The notes under the pieces are model-generated. The model was not told the origin of the DNA and ran no database searches. It worked only from the letters and a program-made list of their open reading frames with translations. A DNA stretch of 64,000 nt from a virus (lineage: Duplodnaviria > Caudoviricetes). Within the stretch, counting starts at the first letter, position 1. Every line of letters starts with the position of its first letter. The stretch spans positions 1-64,000 of the IMG/VR virus record IMGVR_UViG_3300042339_001064; one strand, written 5' to 3'. Positions 26,263 through 36,300 of this stretch are shown one piece after another. The translations under genes were made by a program, and so were the position numbers.

Positions 26263-29007
26263 ATGAAAGAATTATTATTACAAATAGCAGGAGTAAAAAC
26301 AGAAGCTGAGTTTTATAAGAAATTTCCAACACAAGAAGCTTTCTTCAAAGCATACCCTGAAGCTCAAGAAATTATTGCTCAATACCAACAACAAGAAATG
26401 ATGGCTAATGCTCCAGAAAATTCTGAAGAGCAAATGATGGGTACTGAAGAAGAAATGGTAGCTCAAATGGCAATGGGAGGAATGATTAAGAGAAAAGATG
26501 GTTCTTACTCTAAAAGAGGGTTGTGGGACAATATAAGAGCTAATAAAGGTTCTGGTAAAAACCCTACAAAACAAATGTTAGAGCAAGCTAAAAAAATCCA
26601 AGCAGAAGAAATGATGTATGGAGGAATGGTTGATTCCTACTATAATGGAGGAGGAATAAACAACCCAGGATTTAAAGCTTTACCTAAATCTGTGCAAGAA
26701 AACATAATATCTAATATGTCTATGGGTGGTATGGTAGATGAGTATGGAAATGGAGGGTACACTGTAAGAAAGAGTAATGATAGAAAAGGTAAAACACACG
26801 TTGTTACTGGACCTGATGGTACTAAAAAATACTTTGGTGATCCTAAAATGGGAGAAAAAAGCAAATCTAAATATGGTAAAGAAGCCTTTTATGCTAGACA
26901 TAAAACTAATTTAAAAAACAATCCTTACTTTAGAGCTTATGCTAGATCTACTTGGGCTGATGGTGGAATTATTCCTGAAATGGAAGAATTGATGTTAGCT
27001 GGAGATTATTATAATATGGGAGGATATGTAGAATATCCTACAATGTATCCTGGGGGAGGCATGATAGCAGGTCCTATGATGGGTTATGAAGATGATGAAT
27101 TTATGTATGCTATGGGAGGAGGAATTAATATTAACCCTGCTAATAAAGGTAAGTTTACTGAATGGGCTGCTAGTAGAGGAATGGGAGTACAAGAGGCTGC
27201 TAATAAAGTAATGGCTAATAAAGATAAATATTCTACTAATGTAGTACAAATGGCTAACTTTGCTAGAAATGCTGCTAAGTGGAAAAAACAAGATGGTGGA
27301 GAAATAGATGCATTAGATACTTTGTATAATAGAATGCCAGTGCAAACAGAGTCTTATCAAGGTCAACCTGAACAAGTAGTATTACCTGATGGTACTATTC
27401 AATCTGTTAATGCTACTCAATCTCATGAAAGTATGTCTGATAATGAAATTACAGATGTATTACCTACAGGATCTCATATTCAAAGTTCAAGAAATAAATA
27501 TACTCCAGCACAATATCAACAACTAATTGATATGTTTACACCTGAAGTAGCAAAAGAAAGAATGCTTCAAATAGAACAAATTACAAAAGGAAAAAATAAA
27601 AAAATATCTCCTGCTGAAATTTCTGAGTATGCTAAAAATAAATATCAAAAAAAATCAACACCTAATTCTTTTAATACTGATAAATTAAAAGAAAGTAATA
27701 AACAATCATTTGTAGACTTAAGTATTCAAATGAATGACTTAATAAAAGCTGGTAAAGAATTGGCTGAAGGTCAAATGCAATTACCTATGGAAAATCCTAT
27801 GATGGCTTATGGGGGGATGGTTAATAAATATCAAGATGGTACAAACAGCAATGTAAAAATAGTTACATATCCTGGGGGTAAAACAAAAACTCCTACAGGA
27901 AAAGAAAATAAATATAATAAAGATGCATCTTATTTAACCCAGTGGGAAGATTTAATTCCAGGTATTTCAAAAAAGTCTAATATAGAAGCTCAAGAATTAA
28001 TTTACGATTATACATTAAAAAATAATCCTGAAGAAATTAAAAATATGTGGAGTAGTTATGGTTTAACTTCACAAGGTATGAAAGATCCTAGGTTTAAAAC
28101 AAAGTATCCTACAGGTACAATTGATTCTTCTACATTAACTCCAGAAGAACTTATGTCTTTACGTTCTGCTTATGCAGATAGTTTTTTTGGTGCAAGACAA
28201 CTTGAACCTAAAAGAAAAGCAACTCCTGTAACTACCTCTGTAACTCCTCAAACTCCTGCAGAAAAAGCAGCTAATTTAGAATTAGCAAGGATTAATGCAG
28301 TAGCTGGTGCAAAACAAATGCCTATGCAAAATAGGTTTAATTATGGACTATTAGAAGGACAATTAGGAAGAGGTCTTGCAGCAAATGAAGCTTATACAAA
28401 TGCAGCAATGGATTTAGATCCTTTATATATAATGGAAACTCCTGATACTTATATTAGAAGTAGAAAGAATGAAATTCCTATAGGAAACATTCTTTATAAT
28501 ATAGAAAGAGCTCAAAGAAATTCTGCAAATGCTTTAGCAGCACAAACAGGGGATTGGAGTACTTTAGCTAGTAATATTGCTAATGCAGGGGCATCAGCTA
28601 TGAATCAAGTGGGAGATACTTTAAGTGCTTTAAATACTCAAAATGTAGGACTTTATAACACAACACAAGGTCTTCAACAAGGATTACTAGCAGATAATAT
28701 GGATGTAAGAAATCAAAATCTTACAGCTGCTCAAAATTTAGCAAATCTTAAAAGAAACTTATTGGGTAAAAAAGCTGTTACAGATGCAGAGTTGTACTCT
28801 CAATATGTTAAAAGTATGGGTGAAAATACTCAAAAAGAACAAAATCAAAAATTAGCATTATTAGATATAATGGCTGCAAAACCAGATATGTTTAGAGGAG
28901 AGCAAGGACAAAGATTTGCTAATCAAATTATGGGTACTACAGGTTCTTTTAATAATCCTTTTGCAGGGTCTCCATTAGACTTTCTTTTTAATAATATTAG
29001 TAGGTAA
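26263..29007 (+). CDS. Modular virion cargo protein with repeated GG motifs
   Basis: 914 aa, no Cys seen, ~11 MAMGG/YNGG/DGG motifs separating small basic modules; Q/A/N-rich helical C-terminus. Confidence 0.65.
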   Translation: MKELLLQIAGVKTEAEFYKKFPTQEAFFKAYPEAQEIIAQYQQQEMMANAPENSEEQMMGTEEEMVAQMAMGGMIKRKDGSYSKRGLWDNIRANKGSGKNPTKQMLEQAKKIQAEEMMYGGMVDSYYNGGGINNPGFKALPKSVQENIISNMSMGGMVDEYGNGGYTVRKSNDRKGKTHVVTGPDGTKKYFGDPKMGEKSKSKYGKEAFYARHKTNLKNNPYFRAYARSTWADGGIIPEMEELMLAGDYYNMGGYVEYPTMYPGGGMIAGPMMGYEDDEFMYAMGGGININPANKGKFTEWAASRGMGVQEAANKVMANKDKYSTNVVQMANFARNAAKWKKQDGGEIDALDTLYNRMPVQTESYQGQPEQVVLPDGTIQSVNATQSHESMSDNEITDVLPTGSHIQSSRNKYTPAQYQQLIDMFTPEVAKERMLQIEQITKGKNKKISPAEISEYAKNKYQKKSTPNSFNTDKLKESNKQSFVDLSIQMNDLIKAGKELAEGQMQLPMENPMMAYGGMVNKYQDGTNSNVKIVTYPGGKTKTPTGKENKYNKDASYLTQWEDLIPGISKKSNIEAQELIYDYTLKNNPEEIKNMWSSYGLTSQGMKDPRFKTKYPTGTIDSSTLTPEELMSLRSAYADSFFGARQLEPKRKATPVTTSVTPQTPAEKAANLELARINAVAGAKQMPMQNRFNYGLLEGQLGRGLAANEAYTNAAMDLDPLYIMETPDTYIRSRKNEIPIGNILYNIERAQRNSANALAAQTGDWSTLASNIANAGASAMNQVGDTLSALNTQNVGLYNTTQGLQQGLLADNMDVRNQNLTAAQNLANLKRNLLGKKAVTDAELYSQYVKSMGENTQKEQNQKLALLDIMAAKPDMFRGEQGQRFANQIMGTTGSFNNPFAGSPLDFLFNNISR

Positions 29008-29026
29008 CATTAAAATATATTAAATT

Positions 29027-30349
29027 ATGGCACAAAGATTTTCACCAAATACTTCAGTAGCTGAACAAATTTTACTTAATCCTACATTTGCCAATATAGA
29101 TTTTGCAGATTTTCAAGGATTAGATATGAATCTAATTGACAGAAATGCTGAATATACTCAAAACATAGCTAATAAGAGATTTGAGGAAATGGTACAAGCA
29201 CAAACTAAATTATTAGAAGATGTACAGTTACATAAAAGATTTGATTATCTTGAAAAAGATTTACAAAATAAATTAGCATCTGTAATAGATAATGCAGGTA
29301 ATGTTCAATTATCTGATAATGCTAATTTTAATAAATTAAATACTAATTTAATTTCATTAAAAGCTGATCCTCAACTAAGAAAAGCTGTATATTCTTCTGA
29401 AGAAGCCAGAAAAATGCAAGAAATTTTAGAAAAAGATCCTACTCTTGAAAAAAGACCTTGGGATGCACCTGCAGCAATTAACTATAAAAAATTTTTAAAA
29501 GGAGAAACTAATGATTTTGAGTTAACTCCTATTTATAAAAATGTTGACTTACCATCATTTTGGTATAATGAGTTTTTTAGTAAATTGCCTGCAGATCAAC
29601 AAGAAGTTTTAAGAGATTATGGTACTTATGGATTAGTTCAAGCTAAACAAGAAGGAAGAAATGTAGATCAATTAATAGACGCAATAAAAGATTTTAAAAA
29701 TTTTACAATTAAAAATAATCCTGAAATTGTATCTCATTTAGAAAGAAGAGGAAATTATGAAGTTACAACTAACCCAAATGTAAATAAAGATCAATTTATT
29801 AATGATTATATAGATGAAAGTGCAAGAGCTGCTGCAAGTAAAGTTGCTGGAATAAGTAATACTATATCTAGTGTAGGAATAAAGCCTGATGCAACTATGG
29901 GTTTAGAATGGAAGAGAGAAAATAGAATGCAAATAGCTCAAGATAAACAAAATGAATTTTATGCTCCTTATGATTTTCAAGGAGGAGTACTAGTAAAAGG
30001 AAACAAACCTGTTACAGGAGCAATGGAAAAGGAGGCTCTTAAAAATGGAGTAGCAGCTTATCTAATTCCTAAAGATGGAAAAGTTAATACAACTAGTACC
30101 TCAACAGTAGATGGAAAAAATGTAACTGTACAAAATAAAAAATTAGTAGACTTTAATTCATTATATGTAACTACTGTAAATGGTCAAAATATTTTAAAAG
30201 GAAATACAAAAACAGGAAAACCTATTGATCCTATTCCTGTGCCTGCAAATGTAATGTTAGATGTTCTTAATCAAATGGGAGGTAGAGGTAATTCTACTAC
30301 ACAACAACCTGGTTTAAATTGGGACCCTGTTACACAAACTTATAAATAA
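29027..30349 (+). CDS. Putative virion cargo/ejection protein
   Basis: 440 aa, helical, no Cys seen, between cargo genes and the giant-protein genes. Confidence 0.55.
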   Translation: MAQRFSPNTSVAEQILLNPTFANIDFADFQGLDMNLIDRNAEYTQNIANKRFEEMVQAQTKLLEDVQLHKRFDYLEKDLQNKLASVIDNAGNVQLSDNANFNKLNTNLISLKADPQLRKAVYSSEEARKMQEILEKDPTLEKRPWDAPAAINYKKFLKGETNDFELTPIYKNVDLPSFWYNEFFSKLPADQQEVLRDYGTYGLVQAKQEGRNVDQLIDAIKDFKNFTIKNNPEIVSHLERRGNYEVTTNPNVNKDQFINDYIDESARAAASKVAGISNTISSVGIKPDATMGLEWKRENRMQIAQDKQNEFYAPYDFQGGVLVKGNKPVTGAMEKEALKNGVAAYLIPKDGKVNTTSTSTVDGKNVTVQNKKLVDFNSLYVTTVNGQNILKGNTKTGKPIDPIPVPANVMLDVLNQMGGRGNSTTQQPGLNWDPVTQTYK

Positions 30350-30362
30350 CAATAATTTTTTT

Positions 30363-33300
30363 ATGCCACAAGTTAATCATCCTAAATACGGAATTATAAA
30401 TTTTCCTGATAATATGTCTCAAGAAGACATAAGACAAGCATTAATTAAATTAGATCAACAAGGAAATAAAATTATACAACCTACCCAACAAAAACTTATG
30501 CAACAACAACCTGTTGCACCTAAACCTGTTGTAAAACAAGAAGAAGAACAAACTTTTTATAATCAATTAACAAATAAAGTTTCGCAAGGTATTAAAGGAG
30601 TAACAAATTTTTTTACAGGTGAAGAAGAGCAGACTCCTCAACAAAAAATTAGTAATCAAATTCCTAATGTAAATCAATCTAAAAGTGTAAAAGGGTATGG
30701 TCAAAGCAATATTGAAACACCTAAACCTATTAATACAAATGCTAAAGCTAGTGAACTTGCAAATGTAGGATATAGACAAGGATCTTCTTTTGAAGAACAA
30801 AAAAGTGTTATTGACGATAATTATAATAAAGAAAGTGAAAAAGTAAAAAACAATTATTTAGCTCTTTTAAGAATGGCTGGAGAAGAAAATCCAAGTTTAG
30901 ATCAATTACCTCCTAATATAAAGTTATTATATAATAAAGATTTACAACCTATTACTGCAAAATATAACGCAGAAATAAATAAATTAAAAGCACAACCTTT
31001 AACTAATAGAAAAGGACTTATTACAGATATTAATCAAAAAAACAAACGTATTGAACAATTAAATGAAGGTATTGATTCATATACTAAAAAAGTAGAAAAT
31101 CTTTCTAAACAAAATGAATTTTTAAATTTAGCAAAAGAAAATAATCCTTTAAACAAACCTTCATCAATAATTCCAATTGTTGGAATTTATAATATATATG
31201 ATACATATTCAAAAAGAAAGGCAGAGATAAATAAAGCAAAAAAACAACTTGAAGGAGGAAAAAAAGATTTACAAAATTTAAAAAATTTTAATATTGATCC
31301 TATTCAAATATTAAAAAATACTCCTGCAAATGAATTACCTCAAATTACAGCTAGTTTAGAAAAACCTATAAAAAATCTATTAGAGTCTGCTAAAAAATTT
31401 ATAAATTTAGAAGATGAAACCACTATTAGAGATTTAAATAAAGAACAAGAAACAAATAAAATTTGGACAGGTAATGTTATATTTGATTGGTTTACAAATA
31501 ATGTAGTAAAAAGAGAAAGAGATGTTGTAAAAGTAAAAAATTACTTGTCAGATACAAATGCAAAAGGGGCTTTAGAAAATACTACTAATTACTATTATGA
31601 TAAAGTAGAGTTTAGTAATGCAGGATCTAAAAATAGATTACAACAAAAAATTGTTGAAAAAGGTTGGGATAAAGATATTAATGCATTTGATGAAAAATTT
31701 AATGCCTTATTAGAAGATTTTCCTAGTTTAAAAAATGATTCTAATAAATTAATGGGAACTATACAAAATTTATATAGTACTCCTGAACAACAACAAAAAG
31801 TTTTAAGTTTAATTCAAGATCCTGATTTTCAAGAAATTGTAACTAATAATGAAGCATTATATAATTTAAATGGGGCTAGAATTGGCCAGAGTTTAAAAAT
31901 GTTTCAAGCTGAAAAAATTAATGAATTACAAGCTTTAAAAGTTGTTAAAAATTTAAATGAAAGACAACAAGCAGCCCAAGATAAATTAGAATTGCGATCA
32001 AAAGAATCTGGTTTATTTAGTGCTGATAGAGTAAATTATTATTTACAACAATTAGATAAAGGAAAAAGTTATATTGCAGAATATGGTAAACAACAAGTAG
32101 GTTCATTAGCTACAACTATTAATCCAGAATCAGAATCTGCTAGAAAATTAGAATATAGTGCTGATTTATGGAAAGCTATTAATTTTGCACAAGATGAAGG
32201 AAATATTAGTCTTTTTGATAAAGGAGTAGAATGGGTAAATCTTGAAGCTGATAAAAATAATAACTACCAAATTGGTTTTAATAAATTGGGACAAGTTGTT
32301 GATGTAAAAGCTAATGATATGAGCATTTCTGTAAAAGGTTCTCAACGAGATTTAATTGAAAATTATTTTTATAGTAATAGTTCTGAATTAAAAAAGCAAG
32401 CTGGGGATATTTATAGTATGCCTGGAGGTACATCTGCTGCTTTGGGAGGAACTAGTAAAGCTATTGCAGTAGGTATTGCAGAAGAAGCTCCTACTATTGC
32501 AGCAGAAGTTGCAGCTACTATATTTACAGAAGGAGCAGCAGCTCCTTTATTAGAAGCAACTTTATTAAGATTAGGTGCAAAAGGAATAACTGCTGCAAAA
32601 GCTAGCAGAAACTTTAGTAAAATTGCAGGACAAGTTATTAATACTACATCTACTTATGCAGAGGTAAAACATGACGTTGAAAAAAATTATAAAGAACAAG
32701 GTTTAGATCCAGGATTACTTCAAGTAATAACTACTTCAGGAGCTATATCAGCAGTTTCTCAACTTACTCCTGGTCTAGAAAATAAATATAGACAAATAGG
32801 AGCTGATTTTGTAGCAGATAGAGTAAAGAAAGAAGCAAACAATGTTTTTGTTGAAGATATACCAAAGGTAATTAAATCTCTTACAGATGATTTAGTGGAT
32901 ATTAAAAATCCTAGTGTAAAAGATTATTTATTTAATAAAGAATTAAGAAATTATGCAGTAGCTAGATTTAGTGATAGAATGGGAACTGTAGCTAAATCTT
33001 TTCGTAAGGAAGGCTTACAAGAAGCATCTGAAGAAACCATTTTAGAACCTTTAGCACAAGTTTTAGCTAATGCAGCTAATGCTTCTTTAACAGGTAATGA
33101 AGAATATAATAAAGAAACTTTAAGAGATTTAGGATTTTTAGATCCTGAAACTGCTTTAATTGCAGGATTAACAGGAGGAATTATGTCTTCTGGGATAGAA
33201 GTTTCCAAAGCTAGTTCAGATTTAAATGAAACATTAGCAGCAAATTTTAAAAAAGATAATGGTTTAAATACTATAAATGCATTACAAGCAGCTATAAAAG

Positions 33301-36300
33301 ATCCTAATAAATTTAAAAGTTTATTGTCAACTTTTATTGGTAATTCTAGTCCTTCTGGAAATAGTTTAACTCAAGAAACTTATAATAATCTTATTGAGTC
33401 TTTTGATACTGTTAAAAATAATTTTGAACAAACTAAGAAAGACTTTAATTTAGATAATGATTTTATTTCTAAATTAGATTTTGAAAATCCATTACATAAA
33501 TCTATATTAGAAAGTGTAGGAGTTAATTTAAAAAATATTGAAAGTTTTAATGGTAGTAAAACTTTTGATAATGTTATTTTAAATTCAGAATTAAATAAAG
33601 TTAATAAAGAAAAAGTAGTAGCTAGTTTAGCTCAATCTTTAGGTATTCCAAATAATAATAATCAATTAGATTTAACTCCTTATTTAGATGAAAATGGATT
33701 TTTTGATTATAATAAATATATTGAAATAATAGGTAAAGATACTTTAGATGAAATAACTATTAATAATATAAAAGAATACAATAATATTGTAGGTAGAGAA
33801 AAAAGTACTAAAAATTTAATTAATTTATTTAATAAAAATTTAGGACCAATTCAAAGTCAATTTAAAGCTCAATATCAAACTGCTATAGAAAATAACCCTG
33901 AGTTATTAAATCCTCAAGCAGGATTTGTTAGAAGTATTTATCAACAAAATTTATTTAATAAATTAGCTAATCAAACTAGAATTGATAGAATTAATTCTTT
34001 ATTAGAAATAGGGCAAGCAATTGATAAAGATAAGGAATTACGAGAAGAATTAAAGACTTTAAATGAAAATAATAAAAGTTTAGATAAATCTTTAACTTCT
34101 ATTACTGATACTTACACTAATGGATACTTTGATGCTCAAGAAAATTTAAATAATTTAGATGAAGAGTTTAATGAAATAGATAAACAATTGCAAGATAAAT
34201 TAAATTCTTATTTATCTCCAGGACTTATTGATAATTTATCTGAAGAAAAAGAAAATGAAATAAAAAATTTAATTAGAATTAAATCTGATAAGCTAAAAGA
34301 AATTAAAAAAACTCATAAAGAATTTAATTCAAGATTTAATAATGGTTTAAAATCTCAAACTTTAAATAGAAAAGCCTTAATAACTGATGCAGAAGGTAAA
34401 AGAACTGTTAAAGATGTAACTATTGATAAACAATTAGAAGAATCAATTAAAGGGGATAAAGAAAGATTAACTAAAATAAAAGAATATAGAAAAATTTTTG
34501 CTAATCTAATAAATGGTCAAGCAACTAAACAAGATTTAGATAAATTAAAAAAGAATAATAGATTATATAATAAACAATTATTAGAAGAAACAGTCTTACC
34601 TTATTATGTATCTTTTAATAAAGAGGAATTAATACAAGCATTTGATAATGATCCTGATTTATTATTAGGTATGTTTTCTATATTAGAAGATATGGGATAT
34701 GTTGGAGATATTCAAAATTATAAAAATGTTAATTTAGATACACTAACTTCTGTTGTTACTGATGGCATTATAAAGTTAAATTATAATATTAGTTTGATAA
34801 ATAATAATCAAGAAAATTTAATTAATAATTTTGACCAAAAAAATGGAGCATTATTAGTTAATAATTATATTAAAACAATTGAAGAAAATTCTGCAAAAAA
34901 TCAAGAACAACCTGCTGTTGAAACTCCTACTCAGTCAAGTGATAATGTACAAGATAATGTTATTAGTCTTATTGAAAAAAATAGTAAATTAAAGTCTGAC
35001 TTTGATGAAGATGAAATAACAAATAATTTCTACATTATTAATGATAAAGAATATAAAAGAGTTACTTCTGTAGAAAGAGATGAGTTAAACTCTAATGAAA
35101 ATTTAACTGCAGGTGCAAATGTTGGAAACTTTTTTGATTCATTAGGAAGGTTTATTTTTGGTAATTTAAATGTTACTAAGGAAAACAGTGATGTTATATT
35201 ACAAGCACAATTAGATTATTTTAAAAATAACGGAATAACATTTAACTTAAAAAAAGATAGTTATGTTGAAATGTTTAATAATTTAATAGAGCAAAGAGAT
35301 TCTTTAATACAAGAAGGATTTAAATTTATAACAGAAGAAAGAGTGCTTTATCATGCTTATGATGGTTTAAAATTTATAGGAGAAGATTCAACAGGTATTA
35401 ATGATAATACAATAGGTGTTGCAGGCACTATGGATATTATTGCTGTAGGTAAAGATGGTAAAGTAGATATTATTGACTTAAAAACTATTTCAGATAATAA
35501 AGGAAAAGATACTGAAAATTTAAAAGATAAAGAAACCAATGGTTGGTCAAAACAATTAGGTTTTTATAAAACATTATTAGAAAAAATACCATCTGTAAAA
35601 GTTAATAATACAAAAGTATTTGTTTCAAAAGTTAAATATGATATTAGTGATTTTGGTAATACAATTTCTTTTTTAAATTTTATAGAACCAAAACTTAATA
35701 CTATTAATATATCTAAGTCAGCTTTAACATTAATAAATAATTATTTAAGTATTCCTAATTTAGTTATAGATAAACCTGTAGAAATTATTACTAATACAGA
35801 AGCTATAACAGAAGAAGAAATGCCAGATTATATTTTAGAGCAACAAATGTTATTAGCTGAAGATAGTAATCCTGAGTTACCTAATAATGAAGATTTTGGT
35901 CCAGATGAATTTCAGTTAAGTCAGGCAACAGGGGTGCCTGTAACAGAAATGGAAGGTATAGTTCCTATTATTAAAACAGAAGTAATTGATTTACAAACAG
36001 ATAATAATATATTTTTTACACCTGTTAATCAAACTAAAGCAGAAAATTTAGAAATTGAAATTAATAAATTAATATCAGATAAAAATAAAGAATTAAGAAA
36101 TTTAATTGTAAATACAGAAAATGTTGATCAAAAAATAAATAAAATTACTAATAAATATAACAAATTAATTACAAAAGCTAAAAAAGAATTATTAATATTA
36201 CAAGGAAAATCTCCTATACAAAAAACTAAATTAGTTAATGAATTAGTAACTGGAGATAAAATAATAATAGATAATAAAGTAGTAACTGTAGTTAGTATAT

